NCBI RefSeq assembly: GCF_001194135.2
Contig: NC_068983.1
Location: forward strand, 80,151,586 to 80,201,622
DNA length: 50,037 bases
From: Octopus bimaculoides
Taxonomy: Eukaryota
Direction of reading: 5' to 3'
Shown here: in pieces, positions 23,750 through 36,410 of the stretch
How the letters are laid out: each line of letters opens with the position of its first letter
Position numbering within the stretch: the first letter of the stretch is position 1
Translations under genes and position numbers: made by a program
The notes under the pieces: model-generated
Seen by the model: only the letters and a program-made list of their open reading frames with translations
Databases searched by the model: none
Told to the model about the DNA's origin: nothing

Positions 23750-24180
23750 TACTGTGTATATAGCTGGTATGATGCAGTTAATATACATGCAAACATCCTC
23801 GTGTGATGACTAAAGACTAAAGAAAAGCCATCCATCATACAAAGAATCACTGACCAACACTCACAACTGCAAATCCATATTTTTTCTCCCAGCTTATAAC
23901 AGCACTACAATGGCTTCTGCTCCTCTGTACAAGATGTGATATACCATCACCACTGTCACTACCACCCAAGCCCATCCATTGCTCATACATCTCTTCCTTT
24001 CACCCCTTTTGTAGCTAACCCTGTCTGTAAATCTTATTTCCTTAGAACTCCTTCCCTGTCCTGTATTTGTACAGGCATCAACCCACAGAAGTTCAAGCTG
24101 AACTTCAATTGTTTCAACTTCAATAATCTGAGCAGGCTGGTCTATAAAGGTCATTGGTGTCACTCTTTCTTTTGCAACAA
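23750..24180 (-). mobile_element. Possible piggyBac-like transposase C-terminal fossil
   Basis: Frames give PMTFIDQPAQII...EIRFTDRVSYKRGERKRC and CCYKLGEKIWICSCECWSVILCMMDGFSLVFSHH, loosely resembling the piggyBac Cys-rich tail. No TIR was found. Confidence 0.3.
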
Positions 24181-24879
24181 AATAATATAAAAAATAAAAT
24201 ATATTTTGATAAATATTTATCCAGCACACTGGTTCAGTTAGTAAGTTACTTGACTTTACATGATTGACTCATTTGACATGCAGTGGGGGATGCACTGGTA
24301 AGTTTAAGTCTAAGTGAAATAGCTATTAGCTAGAATCAATTTGCACTGATGCACATATATACATATGGGGTATATTGATCTCCTTTTGTTGCATTTTGAA
24401 ACAGTTCTGTGTGTTGCCATGATTTCTATAATCATAAGTGTGTACTCAGCAAATGAATGATATTCAGTGTTTTTTTATTATTTTTTTAATGTGGTCATGT
24501 TAAACTTATCTTGTGAGTTAAAAATAATGATGTGAAATTTACTCACCAAGTATTAGTGATAAGTTTTTGTTAACTCAGTTTCATTTTCTTTTTGAGGACA
24601 CTTATTAGCACACAAAGATTTTATATAGTCTCTGTCTCTGTTTAAACCCTTACGCATGAACAATACTCTTATTTTCCTTTGTGTGACTAGTTTAAATATA
24701 GGTACTATTGTTCCTTTGTATTTCAGGAGCTGACCTTATTCAAAGTCTTTATCCATACAACCTTGCAAATCATGCATATGTATTTTTGAATAGATTTTGT
24801 TATCCACTTCGCACTACAATGAAAAAAAGGATACATTAAAGTTTTTAGAAAATTAATTCAGTCTAGACTGTATTGTTGT

Positions 24880-25080
24880 TGTTTAACTCCAAGTCAGCTG
24901 TGATCAAGCAAGCCTATGATCAATGCCATGACTGTCCCTTTTTTTTTTTTTTTCGTTTTTGACACAATATATCCAGAAGCACATTATCCAATGTGTCTTT
25001 TCTTTTTTCAGATGGTGTGGTTTGAGAGAAATTTGACTATGTCTCGTAGATCGTGCAACAACAAAGAGGCTCACCCATTA
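24880..25080 (+). repeat. Family F repeat
   Basis: TTTAACTCCAAGTCAGCTGTGATCAAGCAAGCCTATGATC...AGAGGCTCACCC. Confidence 0.65.
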
Positions 25081-25503
25081 CTTCTCAATTCTTTATACAT
25101 ATATATGTATATATATATATATAATTTNNNNNNNNNNNNNNNNNNNNNNNNNNNNNNNNNNNNNNNNNNNNNNNNNNNNNNNNNNNNNNNNNNNNNNNNN
25201 NNNNNNNNNNNNNNNNNNNNNNNNNNNNNNNNNNNNNNNNNNNNNNNNNNNNNNNNNNNNNNNNNNNNNNNNNNNNNNNNNNNNNNNNNNNNNNNNNNNN
25301 NNNNNNNNNNNNNNNNNNNNNNNNNNNNNNNNNNNNNNNNNNNNNNNNNNNNNNNNNNNNNNNNNNNNNNNNNNNNNNNNNNNNNNNNNNNNNNNNNNNN
25401 NNNNNNNNNNNNNNNNNNNNNNNNNNNNNNNNNNNNNNNNNNNNNNNNNNNNNNNNNNNNNNNNNNNNNNNNNNNNNNNNNNNNNNNNNNNNNNNNNNNN
25501 NNN

Positions 25504-25654
25504 GGTTGGCATTAGGAAGGGCATCCAGCTGTAGAAACTCTGCCAAATCAGATTGGAGCCTGGTGCAGTCTTCTCATTCACCAGTCCTCAGTCAAATCGT
25601 CCAACCCATGCTAGCATGGAAAGCAGACATTAAGCGATGATGATGATGATGATG

Positions 25655-25655
<1 letters not shown>
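25504..25655 (+). mobile_element. Family D 3' end emerging from assembly gap
   Basis: GGTTGGCATTAGGAAGGGCATCCAGCTGTAGAAAC...CATGCTAGCATGGAAAG...(GAT)n. Confidence 0.85.
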
Positions 25656-25685
<30 letters not shown>

Positions 25686-27859
25686 TATATGATTAAGTAT
25701 CTAATGAGATACTATATAAAATATACAAAGCAGTTGCCTACTGCTGTTTTAGTTTACTTTTTATTTGAAATTGTTGCAGTTGCAGGTTGAGTGTTTGGTA
25801 AGTGTGTGTGTGTGTGTATGAGAGAGAGAGAGATCAATGACAATATATTTAACAGTAAGTGCATATTTCAGTAGTTCTTGAGATTTGTTTTCAACTTCTC
25901 ATTCAAAACCTGAATGCTTGATTTGTATATTTCTCTAAGATTACAATAATTGTCATACTTTAGTTAAAGGTATTAATGATACCTTTTAAATAAATGTATC
26001 AATCCAAAAACATCAACCTTTTTTTTTTTCAGTTTGTTGATAAATTGAATTGTTGGATGAATGAAAATTTCTAACATTCAGTCTATTCTATTTTGGTTAT
26101 CTGGTAGATAGCATCATTTAGTTAGCATAAACCTTTAAATGATTAGTATTTGGCATTATCATATAAGCTGATTTCAACTGAACAAAATTAGAACTGTGTA
26201 ACTATGATATTACCTAGAAGGTAGTCATTCCTATTTAACTACAGAAGACAGTATTTTCTATTTAACTTATACATTTACTTCAATGAACATCTGACTTCCT
26301 CTGCTTGTCTAGTCAACCAATTTATCTATTCCCCATTGATTGCTTGCTTTATTTGCTTCAGTGCCAACTAATAATAATACCTAGGCATAAGGAGTCTGAT
26401 GCTTTCTGTTACTGCTGCCACTACAGTTACAAATACAAACAAAAAAATGTAGACAAAACATTTGTCATCCAGCAGCTGCATAGTCTAGGTCAATGCAAAG
26501 CACGTCATTAAGGCAAGAATATCTATTATCTGTGGAGCATTTAACAAGCTTTCCCCCCTCTTTCAGGCAATAGCTGATTTTCTTTATTCACCAACTGCAT
26601 CTCTACAGTAGAATTCTATATCTTTTCCTTCACACCTAGTATTATTTCTGATGATGTATTACAACCTTCCCATATCACAAAGGCTTAACCCTTTTGTTAA
26701 ATGTTATATATTTTTCACTCTGTAGTTGTTGATATCCACACAGATAACATCCTCATCATCAATGCTTCTCAGATTATTTATTTTATATAGAAATAAGAAC
26801 AGACAGACAAATGCAGTCTTCATTAGAATCAGAAATGCAAAAAAGTTCCACCCACCACTTATTTTTTTTAAAGTTATTTTTGAAAACTATTTTGTATTTG
26901 AGATTTGAGTATTTATGAATATTTTGAGTTGGTTTTACATAGATTGTTATGAAAAATAAATATAATTGCTGTCCTTAGTGCATTGCACATAAACAGGGTA
27001 CATTATCATAGAAATAATTCTAAATATGATTGCAATATTAAGGGGAATGACAAACAAATTTAGAAATGACATTGATAGATAAATTTTACCTTTTCAGTAG
27101 TGTTTTTTTATAGCATTTATATAAATACATCATGACAACATTGTGGTAGAATTGTGAAAATGAAGTCGTGATTATATTATTGAGAAGGGGAAGGTGAGAG
27201 AGGCAAATATCTCTCACTATTAAAACATTATTTTTGTACCAGAAAAATACTATTATTAGTTAATGATTTAAGAGAAAAGACTGATGCACTACACAATTTA
27301 TCCAATTAAGCAAAGAGACGATGTCATATGCTCCATGTCATCGTTTCATTCCAGCCATAAACTTGGCAGTTTTGACTGATCACTATAGTTTAAAAGTTAG
27401 AATTGATCAACTACATTTTGCGTAAAGAACAAAATTTGTCTCAAAAGGTTGCTTTGTGAGCAAAGTATGAAGAACAGCCTCCAGACATGTGCTACTCATG
27501 AACCAGAGATGAGTAAGAGAAAACTAGAGACTACTTTCTTTGTATACTAATGTTGCTTTATCCCAAAAAGAACAATGCAGTGGGGAAGTGGGTAGTTGAA
27601 GTTAACACATTTCAAATATCATTCTTGTTGACATAATGAATCAAATGGAAATATATTAGTAAAATATATTATGAAAAATCTAGATACCTCCTTCTTCATA
27701 TATTAATGTTGTTTTATCTTAAAAAGGACAATATAGTAAGGAAATGGGTGGTTGAAGTTAAATCTTTGAACACAATTTAAAAGATCTTTCATGTTGACAT
27801 AATGAATCAAATAGAAATATGTTAATAAAAGATATTGTGAAGATTGATATGCATGCCTG

Positions 27860-28530
27860 TATTTAAGCTAAAATGGTGCCTTGTTTCAGGTCTGTATTTT
27901 ACCACGCATCAGTCTATTCACTCCTACCATCTGTATCTGGACTGCCATCTGTTTTATCTCAGGTTTTTTTTGTTTTGTCAGATTTCAGATCAATTTTTTT
28001 AATATGTCTTTGCCATGTCAGTTTAGGCTATCTTACTGCTCATTTGCTACCATTAGATTTACACTCCAGTCTCCTTTTCTGTATTCTTTCATAATCCATA
28101 CACAATATCTTAAACCCAGCCACCTTAACATTCTTGTTCTTAGCATTACTATTAATTTCTTCTGTTTTGAGTATTTCTCTATTGGTGATTTGATCCCTAT
28201 CTCTTATATTGCAGGATACTATCCAAACCCTTTTGTTGGAATGCATTCAGTCTTATTTTATTGCTTTCATCTAGTTATCATGCTTCACTGTCATAGAAAA
28301 AGAATATAGACAAGCATATTGAACAGGAAACTGTAAATGTAGTTTTTATCCCGAAGCTTTATTAGTTTTCAAATATTGGTATGTCTACCAAATGCTGCCC
28401 TAACCTTTCCAATTTTGATGTTGACCTCCCTGCCATGACCTCTACATATATTGTAATATCTAAGGAAGGGAAAAAGTGTATATTTGATGGATCAGTTATT
28501 ATGAAATATCTTGGCATTGTGACATTGACC
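27860..28530 (-). mobile_element. RTE-clade LINE, RT C-terminal region, pseudogenised
   Basis: EVNIKIGKVRAAFGRHTNI*K...RDRDQITNREILK...VAGFKILCMDYERIQKRRLECKSNGSK*AVR*PKLTWQRHIKK corresponds to the RTE motifs E..RIGKARAAF, RDRITNEEI, WAGHILRM...RIPK..L.W.P.G.R..GRP...W. Confidence 0.8.
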
Positions 28531-29895
28531 ATAAGTCATATGAAAATAATTATGAAAGCATCTTTTGTTATATTCAGTTCTTACTAAACAAGTACAATTC
28601 AATCAGTTCCTTATTGAGTTTTTTATACTGTACTGTGTATATGCAGATCTGCATATATTTATATACATCTAAGGAATATAGTTACATAATCTTTCTTTCA
28701 AGAGTTTACTTAAAATCATATGTAATCCAGTTTTCAAGTATATATACTTTGATTAATCGTTCTGGTAAACACCTTAGAAGTAATGGAAATCTTTTAGTTG
28801 TTTAAAATTGACTGATAACTTAATTTAGACTGAATAATCTTATTTTACAAAAAATAGCTTATATTGAAGTTATGAAATTTTAACTCATATACATTTAAAA
28901 TATATCTCTCACCAAAACTATATTTTTTTTTCTGCTGCTTTATATTATCTCATATATAATTTATCCAAAATTATTTGTGAAGCCATGTGCTTCATAGACA
29001 ATACTATTCCTTAAATCATGGTGAAGCCTTCTACTTCTGTCTTTGCTACAGTTTTCTTACTCTGAACAAGTTTGCTTTATACTCTTCCTAATGAAATATG
29101 CTTGCTATAACTGTGTATATATACTCTTTTAGGTATCCGCTATATATTATATATACTATAATACTTGGATATGATTCAGGATTTCTTCTTACAATGCCAA
29201 GGCTAACACTTTGGAAGCCACTACAGTGTCATAATAAATAGTCTTTCACAAGTGAAAATGGGTTTATACTGTGTGTGTGTGTGGAGATTAAAATGGTCAG
29301 CAAATAAGCCATTATTCTGCAGTAATAGAAAATCTAGTAATTGAAAAACCAAATAGGATCTAATTAGATTTTGTCATCACTTTACCTTTATTGCATAATT
29401 TCAGTCTAAGTAGCAATTTATCATCCAAATCAGATCTCTGCTTGAAAGGAACATTGAGAAAATTAGGTTTTTCTATTCACCTAAGATTAATTTTAACACT
29501 TTCCCTTTACGAAATTCAGAATTGTTATCTTAATAAATATTGCTTAAATATATCTTAAATACTAATTAAGTCTCAAGTAGGAAAATACTTTATACAGTAT
29601 TGTAATTCAACTTGAAATTCAGTTATAGAATTAACAAATAGTTAATGAATATTTTTATTAGACCTTTTTCTTGTTTCAAAATGCAAAATTATATAGGAGC
29701 TAAACAATTTACTTTTTCATCATTATAGATACTAGAAGAAACACTGGGTGGTTTTATCCTACTTATATAATGTGCCTTGTGCCCTCAACTCTTGGTAGAG
29801 TTACAGGGAACTGTGTTATGATGTGCAGCATATTTTGGGAATTTTAAACCTAGCAGAGCTCATTCCTCTCTCTGACCAAGTTCAGTTTTCTTCCT

Positions 29896-29928
<33 letters not shown>

Positions 29929-29929
29929 A

Positions 29930-30080
29930 GAAACAATAACCCAGTACTGGACTGGTTCTTTATTTACCAACTATACAAGGATGAAAAACAAAGTTGATCC
30001 CAGCAGGTACCAAACATGGATCGCAGAGAGCAGTAATGAATCCCACAAGGCATTATATCCAAGTTGTAAGGGCTATACCA
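29930..30080 (-). mobile_element. Decayed SINE family C fragment
   Basis: AACCCAGTACTGGACTGGT...GGATGAAAAACAAAGTTGA. Confidence 0.55.
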
Positions 30081-30129
30081 ATATACTGCCATATGTATAT
30101 GTTGTCTCATAATTTTTTTATATACTGGA

Positions 30130-30305
30130 TTGCATTGTCTAGTGTATCTCTTCCTAATTTCAGATGATAGGATTGACTTGAAGGAAATTTAGCTGCTGTT
30201 TTTTTGCAAGACCACTTAGAGGCATTCTCTTATTTGCTTCAAATAAACTTGGTTGTTGTTTTTGTTTAACCTCAAATCAGCCCTGGTTGAATTAACCTAT
30301 AAAAA
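30130..30305 (+). repeat. Two partial family F pieces
   Basis: 3' half (AAATTTAGCTGCTG...TAGAGGC) followed by the start of a second copy (TTTAACCTCAAATCAGCCCTG). Confidence 0.5.
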
Positions 30306-30813
30306 GTATTACAGAGATTTAAGCTATGAATCAAATTTACTAGTTAAGTTCCAGTTCTTCTAGTTCAATATTAATAAAAATGGGTTTCTTTAATGCAGTA
30401 TGTTATGTTGACTTAAAAATTAATAAAAAAGTTTAAATTGTAAATACATAGTTTAAGATTGATTACTGCTTACTACATATATTAGTCTCACTAATATGTT
30501 TTTTAGAAAATAAATTGTAAAAACAGCAGTTTTATTAAAACATTCAAACTAGAATGCTAAATATTTAACTATCATTTTAGATTGATCAAAGAAGTTGTTT
30601 AGAGAATTTTGGTTACAAATATAGTCATACTTTCATTGCAATCATTATAGATATTATTTAGTGGAATATTTAAATATGCAAAAAATAATTTGGATTATTA
30701 AATCAATAACTTCTAAATTAGATTATTGATTTGATTTACATGTTCAACTTTTTAAATTGGGATTACCATTTCTCTCACTACAAAATTATTTCAATAATTA
30801 TTTACTTTCAAAT

Positions 30814-30932
30814 ATAGTGTGTCCATAAAGTTATGGTCAAAACTATTGATGTAAGTTGCAACACTACACAGTGTTGCAAGTTACATCAATAAATAGCTTT
30901 GAAATCCCACTATAACTTTATGGACACACTAT
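30814..30932. mobile_element. 119-bp palindromic MITE-like element
   Basis: Perfect 21-bp terminal inverted repeat (30814-30834 / 30912-30932) plus an inner 21-bp inverted repeat with 1 mismatch (30845-30865 / 30870-30890). Confidence 0.85.
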
Positions 30933-31929
30933 TTCTTTCTTTTAAAATGGACTACTAGAATTGAAATCATTCCTGATGAAATCCATCAATGGCCAGCAAA
31001 TGGCTTAAGTGTTGTTTTAATGTCAATTTAAATAAGAATAAAAACTTAATTCATGACAATAACATACTTTCAAAAGTCTTTTTATCCATACCTACTTTAA
31101 CTTGAAGTAATTCTTATCTATCAAATAATTTTCAAACAATATTTTGAATATAATGCCACACTTAGTTTGACTTTTTATATACTGCAACTTCAAACCTGCT
31201 AGTGTTTATCCTTCATTTTTTCATTTAGTTTGCAACTAATTGTTTAAGTAAATGCTCCGGCTGTTTCAATACTCCATTTTATGGAATACCTATGTTAAAA
31301 AAAAAATCATTTTCTTTTTTTACTCTTACTGTTATTGTTCAACCAACAAGTCATGTGTATTTATCTATTGAACCTTTGGCTTTAATATTTACTTTTTAGT
31401 ATTCTAAGCTCTTATAAGTCACTATTGATTGAGTGACATATCTTTTGTCAATACAGTATTTAATCTTTTATTTATTTATTTTTGTTGTATTCACTATAAT
31501 TCAGATACAACTTTCGATTTTGTAAAGAATATTTTAAAATTCAATATCTACAAAAGAATATATACTTTTATAGTTGAACTTACGTGTAGAGGGGCTTCTA
31601 GTTATTAATTAGTTAAGGAGAGAAAGTAATGAAGAATATTTCCAACTACTCTAAGCATGACTTATGATATTATCTTCTCCTCCCCACCTCTCTCGCAATT
31701 GCTTTTCAAAAATACTTTTATTGATTTTGTTCCTTCGTTGAATCTTGCTGAACAATTTTAGTTCAAATTTTGGATACTACTCAGAATCAATCAAGTGATT
31801 GTTAAGCGGAATGAATATTTCTAACTTCACTGGTTGAACAATTATAAATTGCAAGACTTCTTCTTTCAAACTCCTCTATCCATACTATTTGATAGAACTA
31901 CTGCAATAGATTATCAGATATCAGATAGG

Positions 31930-32170
31930 ATTGGCTGATGAACTGAAAATCAAATATAACCTGTATTCCAGCTTCCATCACTGTCATGTTTGCCAAAACA
32001 TAGCATTTCATTCAAATATAATATTGTATTCAGACTTGTTGTGGTTGCTCTTGTCCTCTTTTCTTCTTGCCTTCTACTCCACAGTTTATCAATGTGCTTA
32101 TATTGCATCATTGGTTTAGTATGAAAGAATTCTCCAATTTTTCTGGAGCTGGCATAATTTCAGCTCATTC
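31930..32170 (-). mobile_element. Possible RTE LINE 3' remnant
   Basis: EKLENSFIL...CGVEGKKKRGQ resembles the RTE C-terminal LEK.IM.GKVEGKRKRGRP. Confidence 0.35.
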
Positions 32171-33132
32171 ATATTTTAGTATGTTGGTTAGTCAAATATT
32201 CTTTGTTGGCTGTTCACAATTATAGTTAGTTTATGTCAGAAACAGTGACCGCTTAGAAATTTGAGTTTTCAAATATTTTGATAACCCTCTTCATTTCTAT
32301 TTACAAGACTACACCTAATAAATTAATGGAATAACATTCAAGAAACATAACATTTAGGAACTTCTATAATACAATTTGTTGGATAATAATATGAAAGTAG
32401 TGCAAAGAATTTAAATCACTGCATATAGTGCTTTACTCAACACTACAATTTAAGGTTGGTTCTTTTTGTTGAGTACAACATAAGCATGTTATATAAGAAA
32501 AGTTAAAGTGCAGAGAAAGACCAATTCACTGAGACAAATGACATAGATACTCCTAGATGTCTAGGTGATTTTGGCTTGAGATTGAATTTGCCAGCTTTTA
32601 AGAGATTGAATTTGCCAGCAGTAAACCACTTTTCTAGAATCTTCAGCTGACCTGTCTGGCAGGCAAACTTGCACTCATCCTTTAAAGTTTACCATGTCAA
32701 TCATTATTAGTCAGCCAATGCTGACTGGTCAAGCTGTGTTCATATAGGTGTTATATGAAAATACATTGTTGTGATTCAGAACTGCAAAAATCTGAGAACC
32801 ATGGTTCAAAACTCAGCAGGCACCTTGCTACGATATAAATGATTTTCTGATTTTATTATTAATATTATTTGTAATCTCTAGTCCTGTTAAGATATTTCTA
32901 GTGGTTTTCTTAAAAGACTAAGTACTAAAAATGGGGGCTTTTGTGAGAACAACTTATATAGGAATATATATCTCTTGTATATTTATTACACATGATGCTG
33001 CTTGTTTTATAATTAGTATTAGTGGCAAAGCAGAGATGTGGTCAGTTTAGAAAGCCTTGACAAATATNNNNNNNNNNTATATATACACACACACACATAC
33101 ATACATACATGCACACACTCATATGTATGGAC

Positions 33133-33172
33133 ATCGTCCAACCCATGCTAGCATGGAAAGCGGACGTTAAAC

Positions 33173-33205
<33 letters not shown>
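33133..33205 (+). mobile_element. Very short, near-consensus RTE/family-D 3' tail insertion
   Basis: ATCGTCCAACCCATGCTAGCATGGAAAGCGGACGTTAAACG followed by about 11 GAT units. Confidence 0.85.
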
Positions 33206-34660
33206 ATTTTGTTGAATAGCTTTTTTTTAGTGACCTACATTTTCAGGTGCCTTTCAGTTCATTGTAGTAATCATTCTTGCAAGTGGATGCCCACTTACTA
33301 CAAGTAAATTGTTCAACCATGAAGAGCAGAACCTGTTTTTTTTTGTTTTTTTTTAGTCAAAAATAAATAAATATAATAAAACAAAAATAAGAACAAAAGT
33401 AGAGTTAGGTAAATTGCTCCAAGACACAATACAGGATTCATGACCAAGTATCAGTAATCCAACTCCTTAATATTACAGCCATTACTATGAATAAGCTGTA
33501 ACACCCAATTATTTTCTCTCCACTATTTCTAAAATCAACTCTCTTGATAATAGCTCCGGTAGCTTTTATAGAAACCATTTCCTAATACCTGCAGAATATT
33601 ACGTTGAAAATTTAGAACTTAATAACAAATTGTTACTTACAATTTTAAAATATATATATGTATAATTTTTTGATTACTTGTAATGATAACATTTATTTAT
33701 AATTTTTCATTATATAAAAATTATAAACAAAAATGTGAATAAAGATAATCAGCTTTATTTATATGTTAGCATTTTATGATTTTTTAAAAAGCTTAACGTG
33801 AGCTTCATTATTTACAAAATCTAGAGTTATTTTGACAAAGTTTCTTGCTCGATTTTATCTAAATATCTGTTCAGTTTATGTTTGGAAATATCACTTTCAT
33901 TCATTTTCCACTTTGTAAATTTATGCTGATAGTCAGTCTAAGAATTCCTAATTTTATTATTGAGTTTTCACAATAATCTTTTTATCTCTGAAGGTTTTGT
34001 CTCAATTCTTCCCTTTATGTTTCTTTTTAAAACATAATTGGTAAAAGTGTTTATAAACGTTTGAAATAACTTATAATTGCATTAACAAAGATGTTTTACT
34101 TTTCATATAACTACTCTTGGAAACATGACATCAGTATGAGGGATATAATTAGATTCTGACTGTGCATATGAATTACATGTGCTATGATGTAAATTAAAGA
34201 TAATAACAAACAAAACCTCTCCATTAATTTGTAGTGTACTATTTCAGTGCTATTTAATTTACTTATTGTACTATTCTCCTTAGAGAGACATCTCTATGAA
34301 GGTCAACATTACACATTTCAATTTACTCTTACATTTCTTACAAAATCTTTTCTGCTGAATCTGGTAGAAATTTCAGTAAGCTTTCCTTCTTTGAGTTTTA
34401 TCTCATTATTTTATTAACTTTCATTGTATTTAAAATATTATTCATAAATACCATTTTTTCATTATACAGAGCTAGATATATCCTTTCACTATAGTATATA
34501 TTTTTAAAAATTTGAACATTGAATTATATCAGAATGTTCATGGACTAGTTTTGTTTTCCACAGTCAATCAGTTTACGATAGTGACTATATTCACACATCA
34601 TTCATAGTTACCAAATTTATTTGCAAATATGAATTATATTGAGTAGCTTATATATTGATA

Positions 34661-35043
34661 TTCATCAGCAGAATTTTAATGCCCACATGGATCAGGCAGA
34701 ATTTGTTGAAGCAGAGTTTCCATAGCTAGATACCCTTGCTTTTTCCAACTCCCAACTATTTCCACTAACATCGGAAATAAGGACACCAGTTCCAAGCCAG
34801 TGTCACTCATTTATAACTATCATATGATGTCAAGGCAAGAAGACACCAACATGCACATTCACACACACATATATATAGAGAGGCAGAAGTACATGATGTG
34901 CTTCTTTTCAGTTACCTAGTCTACTCACAAGGCCTTGATCAACTTGGAACTATAGTAGAAGACACTTGCCCAAGGTGCCATGGGACTAAAACTAAAACTA
35001 TGTCATTGGGAAGCAAATTTTTTTATCACTTAGCTAAGCCTGT
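34661..35043 (-). mobile_element. SINE family B
   Basis: Reverse head (CTATAGTAGAAGACACTTGCCCAAGGTGCC on +) and an RTE-like tail at 34661-34740. Confidence 0.75.
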
Positions 35044-35620
35044 CATGTAGCTCATGAAAAAAAAAAACAATATAGATTATTTAATTGTCATAACTGAACA
35101 ATTCTTATCTACATAACATGAATATCTAATACCTATGCTATGTAGATAACTCTTATCAATAAAACAGCTTAAAACATGTTAGTCATAACACTTTTTTTAT
35201 TTAATTTATCTTCCCTATAGGCATGTTTTGCAATTAAACAAAATAGATACTGGATATGATGAGAGCACAAGTCTTCTGTAATAAAAGCAAATTTACCATT
35301 CATTTCATAGATTTCAGTGAAGCAACCATCCAACTAGCTACACTACTGAATCCCCACCTCACACACACACACACATGATCCCCCCACCTTCAGGTATTCA
35401 GCAATGAATAAATTTCCTTTGCTTTAACCAGTGAAAGATATTCTGGTATAAATAATTTTTAAACAATTGAACACCTTTATTTATATAAGTGTTAAGTTCA
35501 GAAAGAAATCAATAAAGAGTAAGAAAATTTTTAACTACAAAAGAAGGATGTTGGAACTTAAGAAAGATCTCCATGATAGCCAGCTTCCATTCAATACTTA
35601 CAATAATTATGTAGTCAGTT

Positions 35621-35842
35621 AAAGCAGTAAACTGTCAGAATTGTTATCACACCAGATGAAATGCTTAGTGACATTTTCATCTGTCTTTATGTTCTGAGTT
35701 CAAATGCCACTGAGGTCAACTTTACCATTCATCCTTTCGGGCTGGGGGGTCAATAAAATAAATACCATTTGAGGAGTGGGGTTGAGATAATTGATTTACC
35801 CCCTACCCCAAACTTTCTGGCCTTGTGCCAAAACTTGAAACC
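35621..35842 (+). mobile_element. SINE family C
   Basis: AAATGCTTAGTG...TTCTGAGTTCAAATGCCACTGAGGTCAACTT...CCTTGTGCCAAAACTTGAAACC. Confidence 0.85.
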
Positions 35843-36249
35843 AATACTTATATAGTCAGTTAAACAAAAATAAAGTATATATACACGGCTGAGTAAGCTG
35901 CTCCTATTAGACAATCTTCCACAAGACACCAAATCAACGATCAGTTAAATAAAAATGAAATAGATAAAAGAAATAGTATGGTCCTAGGAAAATGAAACTC
36001 AGGAGCTGGAAGTCAGTTACACCAAAATTAGTTTTAAAATCTGGAACAAAAATCATAAAATGTTTTATTCCTTAAGGATCAGAGCCCTTTTCTATTTGTT
36101 TATGAAAGACTGAAAATGAATAACCTAACGTGTATGATGATAATGTTTTTTTACAATCAAGGGTACCCAAGACAAGGGTATACACAAACACACACACACA
36201 TCTGTGTATGTATCTATTTGTGTGTGTGTGTGTGTGTTTGTGTGTGTGT

Positions 36250-36410
36250 GTTATGAGCTACTTTAGTTTCTGTGTGGTAAATCCACTCATTAGTTTTTGG
36301 TTGACCCAGAGCTATAGTACAAAGCATTTGCCCGTGGTGCTATGCAGTGGGAATGAACCTAAGACCACAAAGTTGAGAAACAATCTTCTCAACTGCACAG
36401 TTATGTCTGC
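36250..36410 (-). mobile_element. SINE A/B head
   Basis: AATCCACTCA...GCTATAGTACAAAGCATTTGCCCGTGGTGCTATGCAGTGGGAATGAACC. Confidence 0.7.

Noticed and set aside
18896-25581. Long ORFs containing X runs (18896-19289, 24916-25581)
   Set aside because: They are open only because they cross N gaps.
26686-26700. TTAACCCTTT, a piggyBac-like terminus
   Set aside because: No matching opposite end or linked transposase sequence was found.
32578-32720. 18-bp direct repeat GAGATTGAATTTGCCAGC x2 and a 7-bp hairpin AGTCAGC/GCTGACT
   Set aside because: Small slippage-type duplication and a short stem expected by chance; no wider structure.
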